IMG/VR virus record: IMGVR_UViG_3300032562_000003
Coordinates: 186,001-250,000 of that record
Reading direction: 5' to 3' (one strand)
Length of the DNA stretch: 64,000 bases
The notes under the pieces are model-generated. The model was not told the origin of the DNA. It did not search any database and worked only from the letters and a program-made list of their open reading frames with translations. The translations under genes and the position numbers were made by a program. Of the stretch, positions 27,169 through 36,734 are shown in pieces. Position 1 is the first letter of the stretch, and each line of letters starts with the position of its first letter.

Positions 27169-27325
27169 AGACGGCAGTGAAGTGCCAGAATTGGACAAGC
27201 CAGTCACTTTGCACGTAAAGACAAAGTGTCCAGAGAAGTGGTTGCTAATAGACATGGAAACTGATGAAGTTTACGTCGGTAGCGCAATTGGCCCGCTTCA
27301 TTGGGATAAGGTTGAGGAAGAATAG
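27149..27325 (+). CDS. small hypothetical protein
   Basis: MKTRKLKDGSEVPEL...; start moved to ATG 27149. Confidence 0.6.
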   Translation: MKTRKLKDGSEVPELDKPVTLHVKTKCPEKWLLIDMETDEVYVGSAIGPLHWDKVEEE

Positions 27326-28300
27326 TTGAAAGTCTTAGTAACTGGCGGATATGGTTTTATAGGCCATAACGTTGTTCAACAGTTAGAACATCTGGGTCAT
27401 TCAGTTGTCATAGTTGATAACTGTACAAATTATGATAGCATTCCATGGAAAGAACTGTTCTCACTTCAGAAAGAACGCAGTCAGTTTATAAAAACTAATG
27501 CAAACTATCGTTTAGATATAGAATCTAAAGTACTTAATAAGGTTTTTCAAACACATTGTCCCACCATAGTAATTCACTTAGCCAGCTTTCCTAGACAAAA
27601 GACGGTAAGCGCTGATCCTATTATGGGTGCAAGAACGATGATAGAAGGATTAGTGAATCTGTGCGAACTTAGTCGAGAGCATAAAGTAACCCGATTCGTA
27701 AACGTCAGCAGCAGTATGGTATATGGAGATTTTGTTGAAAATGTACCAGAAACAGCGCTATGTAACCCGCAAGGTCAATACGGTATTCTAAAACACGCAG
27801 GGGAAAAAATAGTACAAGATTGCACTGCACACGGGTACTTTGATCACACGATTGTTCGCCCTAGTGCAGTATATGGCCCTCGTGACGTTGAAGATAGAGT
27901 GGTTGCTAAGTTCATGTTAGCTGCCATCAGGGGTGAGACTTTAAATGTTAACGGCTCAAAAGAACATTTGGATTTTACTTATGTAGAAGATGCTGCCGCC
28001 GGCATAGTGGGAGCAGCATTAAGTGAAAACACTGCTAATAAAACTTACAATATAACACGAAGCCAAAGCCGTAGTCTACTGGAAGCTGCTGAGTTAGCTA
28101 TAAAAATTGCAGGTAAAGGCAATATTGTCATCAATCCCAAAAATCAAAATTATCCTAGTAGAGGGTCTCTCAACACCTTTGCGGCGCAAAGAGATTTTGG
28201 TTTTAATCCAAAAATAGATATCGAAGAAGGATTCCAACGATACTATGAGTATCTTACAAGTTCCCTTTACTGGTCTAGCAAGACAGTACAACAATCTTAA
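27326..28300 (+). CDS. NAD-dependent epimerase/dehydratase (SDR)
   Basis: VTGGYGFIG, SSSMVYG, YGILK, RPSAVYGP; TTG start. Confidence 0.92.
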   Translation: MKVLVTGGYGFIGHNVVQQLEHLGHSVVIVDNCTNYDSIPWKELFSLQKERSQFIKTNANYRLDIESKVLNKVFQTHCPTIVIHLASFPRQKTVSADPIMGARTMIEGLVNLCELSREHKVTRFVNVSSSMVYGDFVENVPETALCNPQGQYGILKHAGEKIVQDCTAHGYFDHTIVRPSAVYGPRDVEDRVVAKFMLAAIRGETLNVNGSKEHLDFTYVEDAAAGIVGAALSENTANKTYNITRSQSRSLLEAAELAIKIAGKGNIVINPKNQNYPSRGSLNTFAAQRDFGFNPKIDIEEGFQRYYEYLTSSLYWSSKTVQQS

Positions 28301-29321
28301 GGATGAGTTAGCATCAGCAACTCACGATGCCCTTAAGGAAGGAATCCTTGTTTCCGGGCCGCAAACTGAAATGTTTGAAGCTTGGTTGCGGGACCGATGC
28401 TGTGCCGAATTCGCGTTGGTAACTCATTCCGGAACACAAGCACTAGAGATTATTGCCCGAGCCGAATTGAATGTAGAAAAAGAATATCACTATCCAGTAT
28501 CAGATACTATTCGCATTCCTAATCTGACATATCCTGCAACTCTCAACGCTTTTTTGACTGCAGGATGGAATGTGGAATTAGTCGATGTTGATAAAAACGG
28601 ATTGATAACAGAATTCCCGCACAACATACATACTTGTTACGTAGGATTATACGGCGCCGCCGGCAGTAGAAGCTTAGCTAAATTTGAGCAAGTTGCAGAT
28701 ACTCATATAATAGTAGATGGCGCCCAGCATTGGTTAGCAGATCCTAGTAACATAGGTATCGCTATGGCAATTAGTTTTGATCCTACTAAAAATCTAAATG
28801 CCTCTGGTAATGGTGGTGCCATCGTCACTAATGACATAGAAATTTATAAGTTTGCTAAAGATTATGTGTCTAATGGCGGAAAGAGACATGAATGCGCAGG
28901 TACTAATAGTAAGATGAGCGAAATAGATTGCTCGCACCTATTAGTCAGATCCAAATATATAGACGGATGGCAAATCCGTCGAAAGAAAATTAGACAATAT
29001 TACTTGAATGCATTTAAGGATTTGCCCCTGCGCTGTCTAAGTAGAGACTTCATGTTTCATATGGATCAAAAATTTGTTATTGAAACCGACCGTCGGAATG
29101 AATTAGCAGCTTACCTTAATACAAATGGTATAGAAACGAAAGTTCATTATCCTTATGCTCTAAGTGAACTTCCTATTGCAAAGAACTTAGTCAAGCCAGA
29201 TTTCATTAGTACCGGCGTGATGCTTACTAGAGGTGTATTAAGTTTACCTATATATCCCGAGCTTACGGACAATGAAATTGAATATATTGCTAATACGGTA
29301 ATTACTTTTTACAGTATGTAA
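28245..29321 (+). CDS. DegT/DnrJ/EryC1/StrS sugar aminotransferase
   Basis: HSGTQAL, IVDGAQ, SFDPTKNL, GGAIVT, GTNSKMSE, LSLPIYP. Confidence 0.92.
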   Translation: MSILQVPFTGLARQYNNLKDELASATHDALKEGILVSGPQTEMFEAWLRDRCCAEFALVTHSGTQALEIIARAELNVEKEYHYPVSDTIRIPNLTYPATLNAFLTAGWNVELVDVDKNGLITEFPHNIHTCYVGLYGAAGSRSLAKFEQVADTHIIVDGAQHWLADPSNIGIAMAISFDPTKNLNASGNGGAIVTNDIEIYKFAKDYVSNGGKRHECAGTNSKMSEIDCSHLLVRSKYIDGWQIRRKKIRQYYLNAFKDLPLRCLSRDFMFHMDQKFVIETDRRNELAAYLNTNGIETKVHYPYALSELPIAKNLVKPDFISTGVMLTRGVLSLPIYPELTDNEIEYIANTVITFYSM

Positions 29322-29351
29322 TTTATTCAACAAAGTATAAATAAAGTTGTT

Positions 29352-29819
29352 ATGCTTTGGTTGCTTTCTTTTTTTCCGGGTCTTTTGATTCACCTGCTCT
29401 TGTTAGCAGGAGGCCTTGCCCTTTTGGTTTCCTATTTTCTCGGACCTATACCTTTTGTAAAGCAATATACTATTCCAATTCGTGTTTTAGGATACGTTCT
29501 AGTGTGTTTTGGTTTGTACTACGAAGGTGGACTGTCATACAAAAAAGACTTAGATTTACGTACAGCAAAAGTAGAAACTAAGATTGCAGTGGCTGCTGAA
29601 AAAAGCGCCAGCACAAACACTCAAATTCAAAATAAAGTGGACGCCGCCGAAAAGATCATTCACGAAAAGGGTGATGATATCATTAAATATATCGACAGAG
29701 AAGTTGTGAAGTATGATAATGCATGTGTAATTCCGCAAGAGGTAATTAAAGCACACAATATAGCAGCAACTATCAATGCTGAGGCGACCGAAGCACCATC
29801 TTCTGGAGCACCGCAATGA
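29352..29819 (+). CDS. inner-membrane spanin (Rz-like)
   Basis: N-terminal TM segments, coiled-coil periplasmic part, overlaps lipoprotein gene. Confidence 0.65.
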   Translation: MLWLLSFFPGLLIHLLLLAGGLALLVSYFLGPIPFVKQYTIPIRVLGYVLVCFGLYYEGGLSYKKDLDLRTAKVETKIAVAAEKSASTNTQIQNKVDAAEKIIHEKGDDIIKYIDREVVKYDNACVIPQEVIKAHNIAATINAEATEAPSSGAPQ

Positions 29820-30082
29820 AACCACTAATAATAACATTGCTCGCAGTAATGTTAACTGGATGTGCAACCGTAGTTGCTGCACCTAAATTTCCAGATAGGC
29901 CACCTGCGCTTTCTAAAGATTGCGAAGAACTATCATTGTTAGCGGAAAACGCTAAACTTAGTGATCTTTTAAAAGTGGTAACTGAAAATTATGTCAAGTA
30001 TCATATCTGTAAAAACCAAAACAAGGCTTGGAATAGCTGGTATGACGAACAAAAAAAGATATATCAATCTGCTATCAAGTAA
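29816..30082 (+). CDS. outer-membrane spanin lipoprotein (Rz1-like)
   Basis: lipobox LTGC, Pro-rich segment, CxxL...C. Confidence 0.7.
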   Translation: MKPLIITLLAVMLTGCATVVAAPKFPDRPPALSKDCEELSLLAENAKLSDLLKVVTENYVKYHICKNQNKAWNSWYDEQKKIYQSAIK

Positions 30083-30134
30083 GTAGAATTGTAACTTCCG
30101 TTAGATAAATACTTAATAACAACGGAAGGTCTCT

Positions 30135-30692
30135 ATGAGTACGACACCTCAATACAGTCAAGAAATTATTAATATTGGCGCAGCACCTAATGACCAACAA
30201 GGTGATCCGTTACGTGTTGCATTCAGTAAGATCAACAATAATTTCTCAACTCTGTTTCAGACCTTTGTAAATTCAACTATATCATATACATCCGGTAATG
30301 TTCCAGGACAAGTAATATTTGAGACACCGGTCTCTACGTTTACTGAGGGACAATTCTACATCAAGTCATACAATGACGGAACACCAGACAGCCAGACAAT
30401 TCAGCTATATGCACAAGTTAACGATGGCGGTAATGCAGTAAAATTTACTGGATATGGATCGACCTTTTTTGGAAACAGCGTATCACTCTATGACATGATT
30501 GTTGATTCGGGTAGCGGAAATGTACAAATACTGTCCAATCCTCTACTGTCAGCGGACTTAACACACTTCATTTCTTCTCAAATTATGTGGGTTGGTCCAA
30601 ATGTTCCGGGTGCATATATCTCCACAGAAAACTCCTTAAATTCGTCTCTGGCTACTGAAACAGTAGTAGACATCACCACAGAGCAACCGTAA
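30135..30692 (+). CDS. baseplate/tail-associated structural protein
   Basis: INIGAAPNDQQGDPLRVAFSKINNNF resembles T4 gp9/gp10-type N-terminus; TAAATA upstream. Confidence 0.6.
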   Translation: MSTTPQYSQEIINIGAAPNDQQGDPLRVAFSKINNNFSTLFQTFVNSTISYTSGNVPGQVIFETPVSTFTEGQFYIKSYNDGTPDSQTIQLYAQVNDGGNAVKFTGYGSTFFGNSVSLYDMIVDSGSGNVQILSNPLLSADLTHFISSQIMWVGPNVPGAYISTENSLNSSLATETVVDITTEQP

Positions 30693-31117
30693 TGAGAGCT
30701 TGGGAGTTTATAGTAGAAAGCGCACAGCCGTTACTTCCGGAACAACCAGGCTCTCCTACACCACCGGAAACTAAACTTTTACCAGACCAATTTGATGCTT
30801 TACCTGCAACGTATACTATACCAGGATTACCTAATCAGGATCCCTATCTACAGTATAGATTTGGTGTAGCTATTGCTGGAGCCAAAGGTGCTTCTGCCCG
30901 CAGGGATGACGGAGTAAGCAGCATGACTCGTGAAAGTCCTTTCGGCGAGGGTGAGATAGTAGTTAGTTATGGTCATGATGCTGGACCATACATTGATGAC
31001 GCACTAAAACAAATGGGACTGCGAGGCAAAAAGATGATTAGCAGCCCTACTAGTATTGAAACTAAGGATGTTGATAAAAGCAGTCCATTGAAGGCATTTA
31101 AAGGATACAAGAGATGA
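30692..31117 (+). CDS. putative internal head protein, paralogue A
   Basis: MRAWEFIVE N-terminus; YRFGVAIAGA; SPLKAFKGYKR. Confidence 0.5.
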   Translation: MRAWEFIVESAQPLLPEQPGSPTPPETKLLPDQFDALPATYTIPGLPNQDPYLQYRFGVAIAGAKGASARRDDGVSSMTRESPFGEGEIVVSYGHDAGPYIDDALKQMGLRGKKMISSPTSIETKDVDKSSPLKAFKGYKR

Positions 31118-31497
31118 GAGCGCACGAATTTATTACTGAATCTGACACACCTGCAAACCCTAAGGCATTTGCTGATGGTCAAATGGATGCTATCAAGGGC
31201 GCGATCAGCATGCCGGATATAAGCATCAATAAGTCAAACGGTAATCCTTATCTGGCTTGGCGTTTTGGTATTGCGATGGCCGGAGCTCCGGATTATCCAA
31301 CTCCGCCGGTTGGTCCGATGGCAGGCGACCCTCTACTTTCTACCTACACTGATGTTGAACTAGAAATAATCAATGTTGCTGCTAAAACAGTTGGTGCGGG
31401 CAGAGTAAAGAAACTGAGTGATAATCGTAGTACAGAGCTATCTAACACTCAAAAGAATAGCCCAATTAAAGCATTTAAGGGCTATAAGAAAAAATAA
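31114..31497 (+). CDS. putative internal head protein, paralogue B
   Basis: MRAHEFITE; WRFGIAMAGA; SPIKAFKGYKKK. Confidence 0.5.
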   Translation: MRAHEFITESDTPANPKAFADGQMDAIKGAISMPDISINKSNGNPYLAWRFGIAMAGAPDYPTPPVGPMAGDPLLSTYTDVELEIINVAAKTVGAGRVKKLSDNRSTELSNTQKNSPIKAFKGYKKK

Positions 31498-31526
31498 CTG
31501 AGTTGTTTTCATGAATAAGTAATTTC

Positions 31527-32231
31527 ATGACAACATCAGCAGACATCAATCAAACTCTAGACCTAGTTAAGCTACGTTTTTATAACGATTGGCTATACCA
31601 TGCTCATATCTATGATGAAGGTGAAAGCCAATTTCACGCTCAACTTACTAAACAAGTTGTGGAAACGTACATCGATCCGCTTAACCTGCCTAAGGATGCA
31701 CACATCTTAGATTTGGGATGCGGCACCGGATATTTTCTAGATGAAATGAAGGAACGCAACTATACTAATCTGGTCGGAGTGACACTAAGTCCTGGAGATA
31801 TCCAAGTTTGTGAAAATAAGGGTCATACGATCAAGAAGTATGATTTATCATTTCTGCCTCAAACTGACGGTTACTATGATGAATCAGTAGACTTTATTTT
31901 CTTGCGCCATGCATTGGAACATTCACCCTATCCTATTTTCTCTCTTATGGAGTACAATAGAGTTTTGAAGCAAGGATCAAAGATTTATATCGAAGTTCCT
32001 GCACCTGACTGCGAGCGTCAGCATGAGTTTAATCTCAATCACTATAGCATTTTAGGTTCTAACCAATTGGGTGCCCTTCTGATTAGATGTGGATTCAACA
32101 TTGATCAGTTTAATAATCTAGAGTTTGACTTGAATGTACCAGATGCGGAAGATCCTACTAAAACTAAAACTGTTAAAGAAAAGTACTTCTGCATAGTAGC
32201 TACTAAAGCTAGACCTCTGGATATCAAGTAA
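31527..32231 (+). CDS. class I SAM-dependent methyltransferase
   Basis: ILDLGCGTG, RHALEH, YIEVP. Confidence 0.88.
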   Translation: MTTSADINQTLDLVKLRFYNDWLYHAHIYDEGESQFHAQLTKQVVETYIDPLNLPKDAHILDLGCGTGYFLDEMKERNYTNLVGVTLSPGDIQVCENKGHTIKKYDLSFLPQTDGYYDESVDFIFLRHALEHSPYPIFSLMEYNRVLKQGSKIYIEVPAPDCERQHEFNLNHYSILGSNQLGALLIRCGFNIDQFNNLEFDLNVPDAEDPTKTKTVKEKYFCIVATKARPLDIK

Positions 32232-32287
32232 TGTAGGAAATGAATTTTCTACAAGCCATGATAAATACATTAAAGGGTTAGATATCA

Positions 32288-32849
32288 ATGGCATCATATA
32301 TTCAAACACCGTCGGGTTCAACCGCAAGAGTTGGTCCCATATTAACAGACAAAGTGAGAATTGCTACTACTTCATCGGCAATTGCGGTGAACGTAGGTAA
32401 TTCTAGTGTCACCGCAAATGTTACTGCATGTGAAGTAATTCCTGCAAATACAGTAGAGCGCAGCTTCCTGGTAGGACAAGGCAATTATATTGCCTATATT
32501 AATGTTAATGGCACCGCTGCACCGTTCTCGATAACGGAATTGGGAGCCCCTCATGTAAACACAGGATCTGAATAATGGACGCACCGGCCAAATTACAACC
32601 GCAAACACTACTATAAACAAGGGCACGACAGCAGCTTTTACTGTTAATAATTCATATATTACTAGTGCAAAAGATATGGTCATTGTAAACATCGCTAGCG
32701 GTGCATCTGTAAATTATTCAGTCAGTGTCAATTCTGTAAATGCCGCAGGTAGTTTTGTAATAGTAATTGATAACTGTGATGGTACAGGCTCGGGCTCTAA
32801 TGCCGCAGATACATTGGTAATCAATTTTGCTGTTATAAAGGTAAGTTAA
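32288..32849 (+). pseudogene. virion-type beta-rich protein broken by +1 frame change near 32570
   Basis: frame 0 stops 32575; start-less +1 frame 32571..32849 encodes NGRTGQITT...FTVNNSYI...VNIASG...INFAVIKVS. Confidence 0.55.
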
Positions 32850-32850
32850 C

Positions 32851-33129
32851 ATGTTTGATGCATTTAAACAAGCAAAACTACAAAATGCATATCAGACTAT
32901 GCGCAACTATCAATTGCCGCCGGAAAAAGAAACGACGATTGAAGAACTAAAACGTCTCAGTGGAAACGGCAGGGTAAATGGTGAAGTAGAACCAGTAGAC
33001 CCTGCCCTAAACACCAAAAAGCATCAATATATCCGGGACAACAATATTAGGCCCGGAGCTCCGGAATGGTTTAAAGTAATGTTTGCTAAACCACATCTTA
33101 CTGGTGAGGATCCCTTCTCAAAAAAGTAG
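32851..33129 (+). CDS. hypothetical protein
   Basis: 92-aa ORF upstream of terminase. Confidence 0.7.
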   Translation: MFDAFKQAKLQNAYQTMRNYQLPPEKETTIEELKRLSGNGRVNGEVEPVDPALNTKKHQYIRDNNIRPGAPEWFKVMFAKPHLTGEDPFSKK

Positions 33130-33150
33130 TATATTATACTAAATAATATC

Positions 33151-34698
33151 ATGAGCAATCAACCAACACTAATAAAAGATCCATATAAGAAGACGGTCTT
33201 CAAGAATAAAAAAGAACTTGAGGACTTCATGAAGTGTTGTGATCCTGAAACCGGATATCTATACTTTATGGATAACTTTTTCTACATTCAACATCCTACT
33301 AAAGGTAGTATGTTATATCACCCGTGGCCTTATCAAGAAAGATTGATAGAAACATACCACAAGTATAGATTCTCTATATCGCTAATGCCTAGACAGTCAG
33401 GTAAGTCAACATCCGCTGCTGGTTACCTACTTTGGTATGCAATGTTCGTTCCTGACTCTACGATTCTTATTGCAGCACACAAATATACTGGTGCACAAGA
33501 AATCATGCAGAGAATAAGGTATGCGTATGAAAACTGTCCAGATCACATAAAGGCAGGAGTCACTACATACAATAAGGGCTCTTTAGATTTTGAAAACGGT
33601 TCTCGTATTGTATCCGCCACTACTACTGAAAACACCGGTCGTGGTATGTCTATCACGCTGCTATATCTTGACGAATTTGCGTTCGTTAGACCTAGCATTG
33701 CTAAAGAATTTTGGACATCCATTACTCCTACGCTAGCAACTGGTGGTAAGGCAATCATCACGTCAACGCCAAACTCAGACGAAGACCAATTCGCGTTGAT
33801 TTGGAAGGGTGCAAATAAAACGGAAGATGAGTTCGGTAATACGACTGAGTTAGGTGTAAACGGATTCAGAGCATATCGAGCTTATTGGAAAGAGCAGCCA
33901 GGAAGAGATGAGAAATGGGCAAACGAGATCCGCGCCCAGTTAGGTGATGATCGTTTTGGTCGAGAAATAGATTGTAACTTCATCATTGCGGATGAAACCT
34001 TAATAAATCCAAATACACTGTTGATGTTAGATGGCATAGAACCTATAACTAGAATGGGACAAGTTCGCTGGTATAAGACACCAGAAAAGGGAAAGTTGTA
34101 TGTAGTTGCATTGGACCCCTCATTGGGTACTGGTGGAGATCCGGCTGCTATGCAAATATTTGAAGCCAGTACGACTACTCAAATAGGTGAGTGGAAGCAT
34201 AACAAAACTGATATTCCCAGTCAGATTAAGCTAATGGCACAGATCACCAAATACATAGCTGAATGCACTGGTGAGCCCAACAACATTTATTATTCTGTGG
34301 AAAATAACTCTATTGGTGAAGCGTCATTGATCTCACTGGCAGAATACGGAGAAGCCAACATTCAGGGTACGTTTATCAGTGAACCAGGTAAGAAACGTAA
34401 AGGATTCAACACTAGCCAAAAGCCCAAATTAGCAGCGTGTGCAAAATTCAAGACACTGTTAGAATCAAAAAAGATGACAATATATAGCCGATCGCTGATC
34501 AGCGAACTTAAGGCTTTTGTCGCAAACGGGGGCAGTTATGCTGCTAAGATCGGCGATACCGATGATTTAGTTATGTCATCCCTGTTAGCAGTTAGAATGA
34601 TGCAACAACTAGCGGATTTTCATGGTGATCTGGAATCTCAAATTCGTGACCATGACGAGTTTGTTGCTCCGCTTCCATTCTTTGCAATCTTTGGCTAA
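33151..34698 (+). CDS. terL: terminase large subunit (T4 gp17-like)
   Basis: PRQSGKST, LYLDEFAF, ITSTPN, ALDPSLG, DDLVM; no intein. Confidence 0.95.
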   Translation: MSNQPTLIKDPYKKTVFKNKKELEDFMKCCDPETGYLYFMDNFFYIQHPTKGSMLYHPWPYQERLIETYHKYRFSISLMPRQSGKSTSAAGYLLWYAMFVPDSTILIAAHKYTGAQEIMQRIRYAYENCPDHIKAGVTTYNKGSLDFENGSRIVSATTTENTGRGMSITLLYLDEFAFVRPSIAKEFWTSITPTLATGGKAIITSTPNSDEDQFALIWKGANKTEDEFGNTTELGVNGFRAYRAYWKEQPGRDEKWANEIRAQLGDDRFGREIDCNFIIADETLINPNTLLMLDGIEPITRMGQVRWYKTPEKGKLYVVALDPSLGTGGDPAAMQIFEASTTTQIGEWKHNKTDIPSQIKLMAQITKYIAECTGEPNNIYYSVENNSIGEASLISLAEYGEANIQGTFISEPGKKRKGFNTSQKPKLAACAKFKTLLESKKMTIYSRSLISELKAFVANGGSYAAKIGDTDDLVMSSLLAVRMMQQLADFHGDLESQIRDHDEFVAPLPFFAIFG

Positions 34699-34716
34699 GT
34701 TGGCATAAATATCATT

Positions 34717-36576
34717 ATGGCCACAGATTCAGAATCCTTTAACCGCGATTTGTACGACTTACTTAAAGTGAGAGGGTATAAACCTGTACCGCTCGATTCA
34801 AAAAACCAACGTGTTCCTGCATCGCAAAGTGCAGATGTTATGGAATTTACGTTTGTCAAGGATGACAAAGAGTATGGTAAAGCTTGGGTAAGTATCGATG
34901 ATGTACAAAATGTCATTGTGTATTATGATAGTGAACAACAAGATAGTCCCAATAATATAACACCGGGAGTCGAATACGATGATACCTGGACAGGGTTCTT
35001 AAAGAACCTTAAGACATGGGCACAACGTAGACAGCTTAGCTTCGAATTATCAAACAAAGATCGCTTGGGCGACGACATGAGACAACGGGAATATTACAAG
35101 ATGAAAGAAAAAGTTTCAGAAGGCTACTACCCGATGGGTAAGAAGGCCAGCTACAATGACGCAGTACCAAACGTAAAGATCATCCTACAGCACAATCGCA
35201 ATATCGAAGAAGGTGAACAGCGCTATCGCAACGTCGCTCGCATCTATCTAGAAAACGTCGATGGCGAAAGATTCTTAGCACCTACAAACAAGCCAGGTGT
35301 CGCACGAGTGTATGCACGTCATATTGCTGAAGGTGGTCTGCCTAATGATGAGCGCTGGAACCACATCAAGGGACTATGCGAAGAATACAACAAGATGGCA
35401 GGCTTTGTGAGAGCTACCCGTAATAAGCAATTTAACGAATCAGCACAAGCTTTAGTTAATGAGGGCTTAAATCATTATAATAAGTTGCGCGAAAACCTAA
35501 ACAAAATGACTGGTCATCGCGGATACACTGCATATTTCGAATCATGGACTCCTACTCTTATGGAAAACGAAAACGATTCGTCTTCTATAAATGAACTTTT
35601 CGTACAAGAAACTACTGACCCTCGCATCGAATCAGTAATGCCTATCCTTGCTCGCCTTCAGAAGAAGGTAAATGAAATGAGCGAAGTCAACGAACTAGCA
35701 GAGTGGGCTGATGGAATCGCTAACGAGCATCTGGAAGAAGTTTCTGATCCGTACAAGAAAGACGAAATGAAAGATTTCAAGACCCAACAGCGTCAAGGAT
35801 TAAAATCAACCAATCCGGATCTCAAAAATGTAGAGGATTTGGATGATATTGAAGAAGCTACTGGTACTGAAAAGATGTTAAGAAAGATACCAGGATTCAA
35901 GAGATATCAAGCTGGTGAAAAGTCTAAAGACAATAAAACTCTTGCTAATTTAATGTTACACGGAGAAATAGAAGGTGATTCTGCGACTGATCCTAAGGAC
36001 ATTAATTTAGGTAAGTCTGCGGCCCGTGCGGCACAAAGATTTGACAAAATCGCTAAAGGTAAAAAGCCATTCAGTAATGAAGAAGTAGAAGAAGCTTTAG
36101 AACCTTGGATGGGTAAGGACCTTGATACGCCTGCTTACCTTCGTAAGAAGAAGTATGACGATGCAAAGAAGGACGCAGAATTGGGCGGACCAAAACTTCG
36201 TAGAGTTAAGGACAATCCAGAAGAAGTAAAAGAAACTGCTTACGAAAAGGATCTAGCAGATCACGAACCTAGAAAGGTTTCTGGAGTTTATGGTGCAAAG
36301 TCTAAGTCCTTTAACAAGAAGTTTAAAAATCAAGCGGCACAAGACAAGTTTTTTGATCATCCAGATAACGAGGGCAACTACGAAATCCACTACGTGTCCA
36401 AAGTAGATGAAACGGTTGAAGAAGACTTAGATGCAAATCAAAAGCGCGCCGGACAACTTGGACCTACAGAAAAGGTCAAGAATAATAATATTGGCAAACT
36501 AGTAGGCGCAAATGAATCGACTGAATTCCCAGAAGAATTACAGCGTATTATGGACATTGCCCGTTTTAGACTATAA
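34717..36576 (+). CDS. large late hypothetical protein
   Basis: TAAATA upstream; 619 aa with acidic/low-complexity C-terminus. Confidence 0.75.
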   Translation: MATDSESFNRDLYDLLKVRGYKPVPLDSKNQRVPASQSADVMEFTFVKDDKEYGKAWVSIDDVQNVIVYYDSEQQDSPNNITPGVEYDDTWTGFLKNLKTWAQRRQLSFELSNKDRLGDDMRQREYYKMKEKVSEGYYPMGKKASYNDAVPNVKIILQHNRNIEEGEQRYRNVARIYLENVDGERFLAPTNKPGVARVYARHIAEGGLPNDERWNHIKGLCEEYNKMAGFVRATRNKQFNESAQALVNEGLNHYNKLRENLNKMTGHRGYTAYFESWTPTLMENENDSSSINELFVQETTDPRIESVMPILARLQKKVNEMSEVNELAEWADGIANEHLEEVSDPYKKDEMKDFKTQQRQGLKSTNPDLKNVEDLDDIEEATGTEKMLRKIPGFKRYQAGEKSKDNKTLANLMLHGEIEGDSATDPKDINLGKSAARAAQRFDKIAKGKKPFSNEEVEEALEPWMGKDLDTPAYLRKKKYDDAKKDAELGGPKLRRVKDNPEEVKETAYEKDLADHEPRKVSGVYGAKSKSFNKKFKNQAAQDKFFDHPDNEGNYEIHYVSKVDETVEEDLDANQKRAGQLGPTEKVKNNNIGKLVGANESTEFPEELQRIMDIARFRL

Positions 36577-36613
36577 CGCAATAAACTATTATATTACTTA
36601 CCCATTACTGGGG

Positions 36614-36650
36614 TAAATACATTGACATCTGATGAAGTATACGTTATATT
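36614..36650 (+). promoter_or_regulatory. TAAATA late motif + sigma70 promoter for SSB
   Basis: TAAATA 36614; TTGACA(36622)-17 nt-TATATT(36645). Confidence 0.65.
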
Positions 36651-36734
36651 TCATCATATGTTAGTTGTCTCCAAACAACGACATTAAAACATACTCAGGC
36701 TCAACTTAGGCACATTTAAAAGGAGAAAATAAAA

